Assembly: GCA_038881595.1 (NCBI GenBank)
Contig: JAVZPM010000002.1
Location: forward strand, 64,001 to 128,000
Length of the DNA stretch: 64,000 bases
Direction: 5' to 3'
Origin: Candidatus Micrarchaeia archaeon
GTDB taxonomy: Archaea; Micrarchaeota; Micrarchaeia; CABMEP01
The position numbers were made by a program, and so were the translations under genes. The notes beneath the pieces were generated by a model, which was not told the origin of the DNA, did no database searches, and worked only from the letters and a program-made list of their open reading frames with translations. Shown here in pieces: positions 10,503 through 20,492 of this stretch. The first letter of the stretch is position 1. The number at the start of each line of letters is the position of its first letter.

Positions 10503-11108
10503 TTATCTTGCGCTTCTTGCCATTCTTTCTGTTTCATCCTTCTTCTTTATTGCATAGCTGTTTACATCTCCAGTTGCTGCAAGTATTATTTCATTTGCAA
10601 GCGCTTCTGCGAGTGTGGCTTTCTTATCGAAAGATGAAATTATTGCTGCAAGGCTTATGTTTCTAAGAGCCATGTCCACTCTTCTCTTTGGAGAAACGTC
10701 TACTGCAACCTGGTATCTTACTCCTCCGTATTCCACTCTTGTCACATCTTCTCTTGGAGCGCTGTTTTCTATTGCTTTTATGAGGTACTGGATTGGGTTT
10801 TGCTTTGTTTTTTCATGGATGATGTCGAAAGCTTCTTCTACTATTTTTATTACTCTTGTCTTTTTGCCTTGCAATTTTCCATGGGTTCTTATGAGCTTTC
10901 CTCCTACCTTTTCACCAGTTCCTCCTCTCATCAGCTTGTTTACGAGTCTTTCCACTATATTCTTTTCTATTCTTTTCTTTCTTTTTCCAACTCTACCAAA
11001 AGTGTGAGGCATTACTGAAGGTCTTAAATTTATGTAATCCTTCATTGTCTCATCAGTGATTTGTACATTGTAATCATATTTGTTGAAAAGCTTATCATTG
11101 ATTTCCAT
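10503..11108 (-). CDS. rps7: 30S ribosomal protein uS7
   Basis: NPIQYLIKAIENSAPRE, AVDVSPKRRVD, KKDETERMARSAR. Confidence 0.97.
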   Translation of the reverse strand: MEINDKLFNKYDYNVQITDETMKDYINLRPSVMPHTFGRVGKRKKRIEKNIVERLVNKLMRGGTGEKVGGKLIRTHGKLQGKKTRVIKIVEEAFDIIHEKTKQNPIQYLIKAIENSAPREDVTRVEYGGVRYQVAVDVSPKRRVDMALRNISLAAIISSFDKKATLAEALANEIILAATGDVNSYAIKKKDETERMARSAR

Positions 11109-11146
11109 ATTATCACTCTATTAAATTAAATTAAGAGAATAGAAAA

Positions 11147-11569
11147 TCATCTTCTCGGTTTTTCTTTCTTACCTCTTCTTATCTCTTCAAGAGAAGTATT
11201 GTTTACGGCGATCACCTTGTATCTGACGCCAGGAATTGAACCCATCTGTCCTCTTTGTGATCCACCAAGTCCTTCTACTAAAACTTCATCATGTTCATCT
11301 ATGTGATTTATCGCTCCGTCTCTGGGTGCGAATGCAGTGATTATCTTTCCATTCTTTATCAACTGGATCTTTACACATTTGATAAGACCAGAGTGAGGCT
11401 GCTTTTGCTCAAGCACTTTCTTTTCTAACACTATTCCTCTTGCTGCATGAGCTCCCTCGAGAGGATCGTATTTCTCTTTGAGTTTTTCAACCTTTCTTCT
11501 CCATGTTTTCTTTAACCATCTGTATTTCTTTCTTTTCTTTAATATATCTCTTCCAGAGAATTCTCCCAT
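11147..11569 (-). CDS. rps12: 30S ribosomal protein uS12
   Basis: [29 protein letters not shown]; operon position. Confidence 0.97.
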   Translation of the reverse strand: MGEFSGRDILKKRKKYRWLKKTWRRKVEKLKEKYDPLEGAHAARGIVLEKKVLEQKQPHSGLIKCVKIQLIKNGKIITAFAPRDGAINHIDEHDEVLVEGLGGSQRGQMGSIPGVRYKVIAVNNTSLEEIRRGKKEKPRR

Positions 11570-11781
11570 ATAATTACACCTTATAATGTTTAACAGCTTC
11601 AGCTGATAAACTTAAGAACACTCATTTAGAGTGTTATAAGCATAAGTGTATTAACATATTAAGCCCGATGCACAGAAAAAGTTCTGTAAGGGCAGCATTG
11701 ATGAAATTTGAATATATATTAGAGATGATACATAATATATATGTTTGTAGTGTTTTTAAATCTTATTTTATTACTCTTCAA

Positions 11782-12183
11782 TCATGCTCTTATCTCAATT
11801 TTCTTAAAGTTTCTTTCAACAAGTATATTTGCGAGCTTTATTTTATTTCCACCTCTTCCGATGACATACTTCCTATCTTCAGAGCTAGTTATTATCTTAG
11901 CAGTGTTACCTTCTATTACAACATTCACTTTTATAGGTGCAAATATGTTGCTAATAAATCTTTCGAGTTCTTCAGACCATTCTACAACTACTATATCTCT
12001 TTTAAGTTTCTTTTTAAGACTATTAATCATCTTTCCTCCAGGTCCTATAACCTTTCCAACATCTCCTTCTGCAACTACTATAGCAAGCGTTTTCCCATCA
12101 TCATATACATCTCTTATTGCTGCGCGAGTTGCATCCTGAAGGAACATCATCATTTTAATGTCTTCATTAGATAGTTTTGTCAT
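11782..12183 (-). CDS. nusA: Archaeal NusA (KH domain) transcription factor
   Basis: Two KH GxxG motifs (IGPGG, IGRGG); conserved position after rpl30e. Confidence 0.92.
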   Translation of the reverse strand: MTKLSNEDIKMMMFLQDATRAAIRDVYDDGKTLAIVVAEGDVGKVIGPGGKMINSLKKKLKRDIVVVEWSEELERFISNIFAPIKVNVVIEGNTAKIITSSEDRKYVIGRGGNKIKLANILVERNFKKIEIRA

Positions 12184-12206
12184 TAGATCTCCTTTTTTTT
12201 TATACT

Positions 12207-12509
12207 TTACTCAGCGATTTTTAGAATCTCTGAATCACCAGGTTCTATTATGGCCATCATAAGTACAGGAAAAGGTTTTCCAGCTAATGATCCTAACTCT
12301 AGTGATGGATAATTCAATTCCTTATAAGGAACTTTGGAATTTTTACATATTTCTATTATTTCATTCTTCAAATTTTTTGGGCAATTTCCAGCTAAAAGTA
12401 TAAGCTTTGCATTTCCACGTGCAGCTAGATATTTGCAGGTTCTTGTTCCAAATTCTACCTTTCCAGTGTCAACGCATATTCTTATTGATTTTTCAATATC
12501 TATATTCAT
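12207..12509 (-). CDS. rpl30e: 50S ribosomal protein eL30
   Basis: DTGKVEFG, LELGSLAGKPF, IEPGDSEI. Confidence 0.95.
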   Translation of the reverse strand: MNIDIEKSIRICVDTGKVEFGTRTCKYLAARGNAKLILLAGNCPKNLKNEIIEICKNSKVPYKELNYPSLELGSLAGKPFPVLMMAIIEPGDSEILKIAE

Positions 12510-12536
12510 ATTTTCACCCTATAGTAAAATCAATTT

Positions 12537-13562
12537 TTATTTAGTTTCATGTTTCATTGTAAGCTTAACAAGACCAGTTCCTAATGGAACAGGTTGTCCT
12601 ATTAGTATGTTTTCAGTTACTCCTTTCAATCTATCTTCTTCTCCATTTATTGCAGCATTAACTAAGTGTTTAACAGTTTCTTCAAATGCTGCTCTTGCAA
12701 GAACAGACGGTTTTCTTCCGCTAAGACCATGTCTTCCTACTGAAATAACCTCTCCATCAACAGTCATCGCGTCCGCAAGAAGACAGATATGTCTTATATC
12801 AACATCTGTTTTCTGAATTTTCATAGTAGTATATATCTCATTAACTATTGCATTTCTTGCAGCTTCTATTCCAAATAAATTGTAGATTTCAATTATGTCA
12901 TTTGTAATGGATCTGGTAGGATCTACATATGGTAATTTAAATAATTCTGTAAGGTTTGATCCTCCTGCAATAATTATCCATTCACCATTTTCATCTTGGG
13001 TTACAACTGGTTTTGTTATTCCACTAACACCTTTAATATGTAGATTTTTCAATTTATTTGTGAATTTTCTTAACATTCTTAATGGTGTATTTTTGGCTAT
13101 AAGAAGAACTTTATCAGCTTGATGTTTCATTGTAATGTTAGGTTCTAATTCTGCCTTTATTTTCTTCTTTACTTGAATCAGATCTATATTTCTTTGCTTT
13201 ATTTCATTTTTGTCTATCTTTATCAATACTTGTTTCTTTTTAAAGTCTTCAGAAAAAGTTGCAATATCATTGAGTATAACTTGGTCTATCTCATTTGCTA
13301 TTTCTTCTACTTTTTTCTTGTCTTTATATTTCTCTTTGAGGTATATCATAACGATGGGTTTTTTAGGTTTCTTTTTTGCATCTACTATTTCAATGAGTCT
13401 TGGAAGACCAGTTGGTACTGCCTCGACTACACCAGGAAGGTGGAAGGTACGCATAGTCATTTGTGTTCCAGGTTCACCTAAGGAATGTGCAGTAAGTATC
13501 CCTACTCCTTCTCCAGGGGTTATCATAATATCTTTTTTCTCTTTATCAATATGCTTTGTCAT
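12537..13562 (-). CDS. rpoA2: RNA polymerase subunit A'' (Rpo1C)
   Basis: SLGEPGTQMTMRTFH, GLPRLIEI, GIEAARNAI, LARAAFE, GVTENI; GGTGAT RBS before ATG 13562. Confidence 0.96.
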   Translation of the reverse strand: MTKHIDKEKKDIMITPGEGVGILTAHSLGEPGTQMTMRTFHLPGVVEAVPTGLPRLIEIVDAKKKPKKPIVMIYLKEKYKDKKKVEEIANEIDQVILNDIATFSEDFKKKQVLIKIDKNEIKQRNIDLIQVKKKIKAELEPNITMKHQADKVLLIAKNTPLRMLRKFTNKLKNLHIKGVSGITKPVVTQDENGEWIIIAGGSNLTELFKLPYVDPTRSITNDIIEIYNLFGIEAARNAIVNEIYTTMKIQKTDVDIRHICLLADAMTVDGEVISVGRHGLSGRKPSVLARAAFEETVKHLVNAAINGEEDRLKGVTENILIGQPVPLGTGLVKLTMKHETK

Positions 13563-13578
13563 TATATCACCATTATAT

Positions 13579-16173
13579 TTATTCTTTTTCAGGTACACCT
13601 ACAGGTGTTAATAGCTCTTCTTTTATTTTCTTTATTTTCATAGTGTCTCTTCCATCTCCACCGTATATGAATTGTATTATCTTTCCACTTCCGTCTCTAA
13701 CACTGTAATCATCTTTTACAACTAAGTCCTGAAGTGCATTAATCATTCTTCTTTGCATGTATCCTGATCTTGCAGTTCTTATTGCAGTGTTAACTATAGA
13801 TTCTCTTGCAGACATGGATTGGAAGAAGTACTCAATTGGATTAAGACCATCTATGAAATTGGATCTAATAAATCCTCGAGCTACAGCACTTAAATCCTTT
13901 GGTTTGAAGTGAGAGAGCGTTCTATATCTATACCCTCTATGTAATCTTTTTTCTCTTACTACTTGCTGTGCGATTGCTCCAGACATCTGAGTAACGTTTG
14001 TCATAGAACCTCTTGCTCCGATCTTTGCTATTATAATCGCCTTATTTTCCTGACCTAAGTCCTCTTCTAATACTTTACTTATATCGTTTCTAATTTTTCC
14101 AAGAGTATCAACTGATTTACTCTCTAAGGTTTCTTTAAGGCTCTTTCCAGGTTCTCTTTCAAGAGTTTTATTCTTATATTGCATTATGTATACATTTACT
14201 TGCTTTTCTGCATTTTCAACAATTTCTTTGATCTTTTTCTTTCCTTCTTCAGATATAGTATAATCCTTCAAACTTACAGTCATTCCCTTTATAGTTATAA
14301 TTTCAGCTGCAATTCTTCCGATAGCATCTATGAATTTTCTTGCTTCTTCATTTCCATAATTTAGGGTTATTGCTTCTACAATCGCATTTAACGATTTCTT
14401 TTCAAAGTATCCACTTATTACTTTTCCATCTTTTATTTCAACAATGCTTTTATCACTTCCTTTCTTTCCAATTTTAGATTCAACTCTAAGATTCAATCCC
14501 TTTGGCAAAATTTGAGAGAGTATCAATTTTCCACTATATCTATCTTTTACATCTGGTTTAGGAAGTTCATATATTCCTGCCATAGCTAAAAGGTCTGCTG
14601 CTTGACTTTTTGTAAAGGTTGTTTCATCCAGCGATAAGAGATAGGTTCCAGTTATACGATCTTGTGTTGGTCCGATTATTGCATGTCCATGACGTGGTGA
14701 AATGATTTGTTTCTCTACTAGCATTAATGTTTCGGCCTCTGCTCTTGCCTCTTCTTTCTGAGGAACATGTATATTCATTTCATCTCCATCGAAATCAGCA
14801 TTGTATGGAGTTGTAACAGATGGCGGAACTCTGAATGTTTTTCCAGGTAATATCTTTACTCTGTGGGCCATTATAGACATTCTGTGGAGTGATGGATAAC
14901 GATTGAATAATACTATATCTCCATCCATGAGTTGTCTTTCAACAGTCCATCCAGCAGCAATTTCCTTTATTAATTCTTCTTTATTAGCATCTGTAACCTT
15001 TCTTCTTCTTCCGTTTGGAGAGGTTACATAAATAGCTCTTGGTTTTTCGTTTGAATTTATCATTTTCTTGCATTCTTCAAGGTTCCAGTCAGTAACTTTT
15101 ACAGGTACAGTTAATTCATCAGCTATCTGTTGTGGCACTCCTACTTCATTTATAGATATACATCCATCTGGAGATACTACAGTTCTTGCACTGAAGTTTA
15201 CTCTCTTTCCAGAAAGGTTATATCTGAATCTTCCCTCCTTCCCTTTGAGACGTTGTGCCAATGTTTTTAATGGCATTCCTGATCTGTGTGTTGCAGGAGG
15301 TATGTTAGGACTTTCATTATTGAAATAAGTAGTAACATGGTATTGTAAGAGTTCCCATAAATCTTCTATGATAAGTTGTGGCGCTCCTGCGTTTATATTA
15401 GATTCCAATCTCTGATTTATTCTCAAAACTTCTACAAGTTTATGAGTAAGGTTGTCTTCGCTTCTTTCACCGCTTTCAAGAGTTATAGAAGGTCTCACAT
15501 TGACAGGTGGGACAGGTAAAACAGTGAGAACTGCCCATTCGGGTCTGCTGTATTCTGGATCAAAGCCAAGTTCTCTTAAGTCGTCATCTGAAATCTTTGC
15601 AAGCCTATCTCTTACCTCTGTAGGAAGCATTAATCTGTCATCTTCATAGAAGTTGGTTGGTCTTTCAAACTTTATTTCTTTTTGTTCAGTTTGACAGTGA
15701 GGACATTTTTTAACTTTCTTAGTTCTTGCAAGAAATGTTGCAATCATTTCATCTCTTGTCATTAAGCTACTTTTTATTTCATCTATTTCCTCCTTTGCAA
15801 GTAGTACCTTTCCACATGAATTACAAGTTGACCTTAGAAACATATATATCATTGGAGCAAATTCTGGATGTATCACAGGCCTTATCAGTTCTATTGAACC
15901 AAAGTGACCAGGGCAAGTTCTGACTGTTCCTCCACATGTCTTGCATCTTAAACCAGGATCTATAACACCCATTCTTAAGTCTGCAAACCCTCCTTCGATA
16001 GGATACCCATCATCATTATATGTATCAGGTACAAAAAGTTTTACTGCAGACATTTTTCTAATCATCTCTGGAGAGAAAAGAGTGAATTTTATCTTACTTA
16101 TGTATTTTTCTAAAATTTCATTTTCATCCAATGTAACCACGATACCACCATTAATGTTATAAAAACTATTCAT
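13579..16173 (-). CDS. rpoA1: RNA polymerase subunit A' (Rpo1N)
   Basis: Catalytic NADFDGD, CPGHFG, GKEGRFR..LSGKRVNFSAR; true start may be GTG near 16140. Confidence 0.98.
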   Translation of the reverse strand: MNSFYNINGGIVVTLDENEILEKYISKIKFTLFSPEMIRKMSAVKLFVPDTYNDDGYPIEGGFADLRMGVIDPGLRCKTCGGTVRTCPGHFGSIELIRPVIHPEFAPMIYMFLRSTCNSCGKVLLAKEEIDEIKSSLMTRDEMIATFLARTKKVKKCPHCQTEQKEIKFERPTNFYEDDRLMLPTEVRDRLAKISDDDLRELGFDPEYSRPEWAVLTVLPVPPVNVRPSITLESGERSEDNLTHKLVEVLRINQRLESNINAGAPQLIIEDLWELLQYHVTTYFNNESPNIPPATHRSGMPLKTLAQRLKGKEGRFRYNLSGKRVNFSARTVVSPDGCISINEVGVPQQIADELTVPVKVTDWNLEECKKMINSNEKPRAIYVTSPNGRRRKVTDANKEELIKEIAAGWTVERQLMDGDIVLFNRYPSLHRMSIMAHRVKILPGKTFRVPPSVTTPYNADFDGDEMNIHVPQKEEARAEAETLMLVEKQIISPRHGHAIIGPTQDRITGTYLLSLDETTFTKSQAADLLAMAGIYELPKPDVKDRYSGKLILSQILPKGLNLRVESKIGKKGSDKSIVEIKDGKVISGYFEKKSLNAIVEAITLNYGNEEARKFIDAIGRIAAEIITIKGMTVSLKDYTISEEGKKKIKEIVENAEKQVNVYIMQYKNKTLEREPGKSLKETLESKSVDTLGKIRNDISKVLEEDLGQENKAIIIAKIGARGSMTNVTQMSGAIAQQVVREKRLHRGYRYRTLSHFKPKDLSAVARGFIRSNFIDGLNPIEYFFQSMSARESIVNTAIRTARSGYMQRRMINALQDLVVKDDYSVRDGSGKIIQFIYGGDGRDTMKIKKIKEELLTPVGVPEKE

Positions 16174-18004
16174 CTGTCTTATTGCTTGTAATCATTCTCG
16201 GGAATATTCCAAGTGATTTTATTTCATCAATTAGGAGTTTGAATGCATAAGACATTTCTACTTGTGAGAAGTTTGTAGAATCGCAGATAGGACAGATTGG
16301 TTTGTTCTTTAGATAGTCATAATATGCAAATGATCCACAATCATTGCAGATTATTTGGACTGTTTTATCAGATTCATCCATTAAACGCTCTTTTAGTAGC
16401 ATTGTTGCTCCATATCCTATAATACAGTCTCTTTCCATTTCACCTAATCTAAGACCACCTTCTCTTGATCTTCCTTCTGTTGGTTGGTGGGTCAAAAGTT
16501 GTACTGGACCTCTGCTTCTTGCATGTATTTTGTTAGAGACAAGATGCTGTAGTCTTTGATAGTAGATTACACCTATGAATATTTCTGCTTCAATTCTTTC
16601 TCCTGTAACACCATCATAAAGAACTTCATAACCATCAGATTCAAATCCATATTTCTTTAAAGTTTCTTTGGCCTCCTCCAAATTCGCTGGTGTGAAAGTA
16701 GTTCCATCAACACGTTTTCCTTCGAAACAAGCAGCCTTTCCTAAGAGTGTTTCAAGAAGATGACCAACTGTCATACGAGAAGGAATTGCATGTGGGTTAA
16801 TAATCAAATCAGGTACGATACCGTCTTTTGTAAATGGCATACTCTCCTGAGGCACAAGTAACCCTATAACTCCTTTTTGTCCATGTCTAGATGCAACTTT
16901 ATCACCATTTTCTGGTATTTTAGTTTCTCTTACTCTAACTTTTACCATTTTGTTTCCAGATGGACTTTGAGTAATAAGAACAGAGTCAACAATTCCTTTT
17001 TCTTCTGCCTTAAGGGTAACCGAACTTTCTTTCTTTTTCTCTTCAGCAATTCCAAATGCGCTTACTTCTTCAAGGAATCTTGGAGGAGAGGTTTTTCCTA
17101 TTAACACATCTCTTCCTCCTACTTCTACCCCTGGTGAGATTAATCCGTCCTCATCTAAATACTTATATGCTGTCTCTCCTCTATATCCGTTAACTGTAGG
17201 AGCAGGAATTTCAAATCTATCCTTTTGTCCTCCTGGATATCTTCTTTCCTCTGTTGAATATGTTTTAAACATTTCAACTCTAAGTAATCCTCTATCTACA
17301 GCAGATTTGTTAACAACAACCGCATCTTCCATGTTGAATCCTCTATAACTCATTACTGCAACAACCAAATTATTTCCTCCGATTCTTTTATCAGTTCCAA
17401 GTATTCTTTGAGGTCTAGTTGTTACAATTGGAGTTTGAGGATAAAACATTACATATGCCTTTGTATCATATCTTAATGAATAATTGGAAGCAAATAACCC
17501 AAGTGCCTGTTTAGCCATAGAGCAAGCCATGGTAGTTCTTGGTGATGAATTGTATTCTTGCATTGGCAGTTGAGATGTGACAAAACTGAGTATACCTACA
17601 GGATCAATTTCAAGATGTGTATGCTCTGGTGTTATGTCTTCTTCTCTAACTGCTATGTAAGAAAGAGTATCTTCCTCTCCTGGATCCAAATATTCTATTA
17701 TACCGTTTCTTATTAAATCCTTCCATTCGATTTCGTTGTTTTTTATTTTTGCTTTGATTTCTGGGGTTAGTTTTGATTTTCCATTTTCTACTATTATTAA
17801 AGGTCTTCTGCTTCTGCCTCCATCGCTGTTTATGTAGACTTCTTTAAGCTTCGGATAAAATTCTACATTAACCTCGTGATTTATTTCTCCATTTCTTCTT
17901 TTTCTAATTATTTCACGTACAAGCTCTTCACCATTTGGATGAGAACCAACAATTTTACCATTAAGATATACTATGAATTCATCATTTTTCTTTGCCACGT
18001 TCAC
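16166..18004 (-). CDS. rpoB1: RNA polymerase subunit B' (Rpo2C)
   Basis: GDKVASRHGQKG, NPHAIPSRMT, GGLRLGEMERD, C-terminal Zn finger. Confidence 0.97.
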   Translation of the reverse strand: MNVAKKNDEFIVYLNGKIVGSHPNGEELVREIIRKRRNGEINHEVNVEFYPKLKEVYINSDGGRSRRPLIIVENGKSKLTPEIKAKIKNNEIEWKDLIRNGIIEYLDPGEEDTLSYIAVREEDITPEHTHLEIDPVGILSFVTSQLPMQEYNSSPRTTMACSMAKQALGLFASNYSLRYDTKAYVMFYPQTPIVTTRPQRILGTDKRIGGNNLVVAVMSYRGFNMEDAVVVNKSAVDRGLLRVEMFKTYSTEERRYPGGQKDRFEIPAPTVNGYRGETAYKYLDEDGLISPGVEVGGRDVLIGKTSPPRFLEEVSAFGIAEEKKKESSVTLKAEEKGIVDSVLITQSPSGNKMVKVRVRETKIPENGDKVASRHGQKGVIGLLVPQESMPFTKDGIVPDLIINPHAIPSRMTVGHLLETLLGKAACFEGKRVDGTTFTPANLEEAKETLKKYGFESDGYEVLYDGVTGERIEAEIFIGVIYYQRLQHLVSNKIHARSRGPVQLLTHQPTEGRSREGGLRLGEMERDCIIGYGATMLLKERLMDESDKTVQIICNDCGSFAYYDYLKNKPICPICDSTNFSQVEMSYAFKLLIDEIKSLGIFPRMITSNKTDE

Positions 18005-18051
18005 ACCTTTTAATTTAGTATTAACATTAAATATTGAAATTTATCATCGAC

Positions 18052-19518
18052 TCATTTCATAGCTTTTACTCCAATTTTCTTTAGAATACTTTCCACTTCT
18101 TTTTCATCTACTCCAATTGAAATCTCATTTGTTAAGGCCATATTCTTAACTAGAGAGGCAGATGAGCCTTCAGGAGTTTCGTTTGGACATAATCTTCCAA
18201 ATTGAGTTCCATGCAGATCTCTTGCTTCAAAGTGAGGATGCACTCTGCTAAGTGGTGAATTGATTCTTCTTAAATGGGAAACTGTCGCTAGATAAGAGAC
18301 TCTATCAAGAAGCTGACATACTCCGGTTTGCCCCGCTATCCAGTTTCCAGTAGCCATCGCATATCTTATTCTATCACTTAAAGAATCAGGTCTAACAAAT
18401 GTTTGTACATCTTGCAACCTTCTTCCTCTTGCAACAGCTCTTTCTGCTTGGTAGGCTATATCTCTTACCAAGAACTGGAATGAGTATCTAAATAACTCTT
18501 CCATCAAAACTCCACTTAATTTAATTCTTTTATTTCCATAATGATCTTTATCATCTGCAGGATATTTCTTGTTTGCTACAAGTGTTGTTCTTTGTGCCAT
18601 TAATGCAAGGAATTTTGCTTTAAGATGCTTTGCAGCAGGAGTAGTTCCAAAGTGAGGTAGTAAATAATTGTTTAATAACACTTCTACTCTTTTGTCTCTA
18701 TATTCTTTGGGTTGTCCAGGAACTGCTTTTTTACCGATCTCATCTATTGCATCATCAACAGTCTTTACCTCACCAATTTCTATATTTAAAAGCACATCAT
18801 TGATTACATGCTTATCATCGTCAAATAATTCAAGTATATCATCATCTTTCTTTATTCCAAGAGCACGAAGTACAACCATAAATGGTAGTTTAGGTGGAGC
18901 AGCTGGAAATTCAATAGTCCATGTACCATCTTCTGATCTGTTTACCGCACATCTCATTCTTGCTCCGCCGCTCTGTGAAAATATTTTCGCTGTGATTATC
19001 GATCCTTGTTTTTCTTTGGTTACCATAATTCTATTTGCAATCAAATCTTCTATTCCGATTAAAACTCTCTCTGTTCCATTTATGATCATATATCCTCCTG
19101 GATCCATTGGGTCTTCTCCTGCTTTTATCAGTTCTCCTCTGGACATTCCTTCGGTATAACATATTTTTGACCTTACCATAGCAGGGACATCTCCGATATA
19201 AGCAATTGTGGTTTTTCTTTCAATATCATTTATTATAGGGGTTATTTCCATGTATACTCTTCCAGCATAAGTAAGATCTCTTTGCCTAGCTTCCATAGGT
19301 AAAATAGGTCTTGTTGCAGAATCAGATTCGATAACAATAGGTTTTTCAACCCAGGCCCTCCCAAGTTTAAGTTCATAATTCGGAACATTAGGTCTTATTA
19401 CTCCAACTGAACTTACTATTTTTTGTATCCCTTCTTCTATAAATCTATTATATGAGTCAAGATGCTGCTTGACTAATTTATTTTCATTTAAATATTTCTC
19501 TAATAGATCCTTTGTCAC
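18052..19518 (-). CDS. rpoB2: RNA polymerase subunit B'' (Rpo2N)
   Basis: DPGGYMIINGTERV, DKDHYGNKR, SHLRR, CPNETPEG. Confidence 0.97.
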   Translation of the reverse strand: MTKDLLEKYLNENKLVKQHLDSYNRFIEEGIQKIVSSVGVIRPNVPNYELKLGRAWVEKPIVIESDSATRPILPMEARQRDLTYAGRVYMEITPIINDIERKTTIAYIGDVPAMVRSKICYTEGMSRGELIKAGEDPMDPGGYMIINGTERVLIGIEDLIANRIMVTKEKQGSIITAKIFSQSGGARMRCAVNRSEDGTWTIEFPAAPPKLPFMVVLRALGIKKDDDILELFDDDKHVINDVLLNIEIGEVKTVDDAIDEIGKKAVPGQPKEYRDKRVEVLLNNYLLPHFGTTPAAKHLKAKFLALMAQRTTLVANKKYPADDKDHYGNKRIKLSGVLMEELFRYSFQFLVRDIAYQAERAVARGRRLQDVQTFVRPDSLSDRIRYAMATGNWIAGQTGVCQLLDRVSYLATVSHLRRINSPLSRVHPHFEARDLHGTQFGRLCPNETPEGSSASLVKNMALTNEISIGVDEKEVESILKKIGVKAMK

Positions 19519-19603
19519 GTAATCATCCCCATGAGCTAGATTTTATATTTTTTAGATCTCATTCGAGATCTAAACTTTTAGATCGAGATCAAAATAAGAC
19601 TCA

Positions 19604-19870
19604 TCAAACAACTACTCTGTAATAAATGTTTTTTGCATGTTTTTCTTCTCTGTGTATTCTTATTATGTCTCCTTTTTTCGGATTAAGATGCCTTATAGCT
19701 GGATCATCTATTTTTATTTTTGGTAACTGTTCCTTTGTAGCATTAAGGCTCTCCAGTAACTTTTTTTCATCTTCTTCTTTTACTATTTCATGTTTAGGAA
19801 TTAGTTTATGCACTATAGGTTCATTTTCAAAATTCGAAATTTTGGGTTTTTTAACCTTAGTTTTGGCCAA
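19604..19870 (-). CDS. rpoH: RNA polymerase subunit H (Rpo5)
   Basis: HKLIPKHE, QLPKIKIDDPA, GDIIRI, YYRVVV; TTG start with GGTGAT RBS. Confidence 0.95.
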   Translation of the reverse strand: MAKTKVKKPKISNFENEPIVHKLIPKHEIVKEEDEKKLLESLNATKEQLPKIKIDDPAIRHLNPKKGDIIRIHREEKHAKNIYYRVVV

Positions 19871-20098
19871 ATTATCACCATAGAATGCCGGTTAGATATC
19901 ACTAAGGATAGCCTAACAACTAGCATTTCTTTCAGAGATCTAGATCTAAAAGCAAATTATATTAGTTATTAAGATTTATAAATATTTTGTTACTTTTAGA
20001 TTTTTTTCTTTTTAATCTACCAGTGATATTTTTTGGTTAGTTTTTTAAAACTCACTATATATTTCAATAATATAATTTAATGTTTAATCAGTGATAAG

Positions 20099-20467
20099 AT
20101 GAACGATATAGGAGAGCAGCTTTCTTTAGTACTTAAAGAAATTAAAAGTTCAGGAGATGTCGAGGCTTCTGTTATAATGAGAAGAGATGGAATAATTATA
20201 TCTTCAGATTTTCAAGATATTTCTTCAAAAAATCTTTCAGTTATGTCCTCACTTATTTCAGTTGCTGAGTTATCTTCTTTAGAATTAAAACGTGGCGTTT
20301 TTCAAGAGATGATGATTGAAAGTGAAAATGGTAAGATTATTTTGATCAATGCAGGAAAAAATGCAGTTTTACTTTCATTTGTTAAAAAAGAAGGAAATAT
20401 AGGTTTTATTTTAATTACTTTAGAAAGTGCAGCAAAAAAAATACAAAGTATAATTGATAAAATTTAG
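20099..20467 (+). CDS. Roadblock/LC7 domain protein
   Basis: VEASVIMRRDGIIISS and IESENGKIILINAG patterns, 122 aa. Confidence 0.85.
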   Translation: MNDIGEQLSLVLKEIKSSGDVEASVIMRRDGIIISSDFQDISSKNLSVMSSLISVAELSSLELKRGVFQEMMIESENGKIILINAGKNAVLLSFVKKEGNIGFILITLESAAKKIQSIIDKI

Positions 20468-20492
20468 ATATTATATTTGATAGGTGGATCGA

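Noticed and set aside
8401..19159. Many 60-170 aa plus-strand ORFs opposite EF-2, ribosomal and RNAP genes
   Set aside because: Antisense shadows of well-supported genes, with no recognisable motifs
12537..19518. RNA polymerase large subunits each split into two ORFs
   Set aside because: The A'/A'' and B''/B' splits are normal archaeal gene organisation with separate RBSs, not frameshifts
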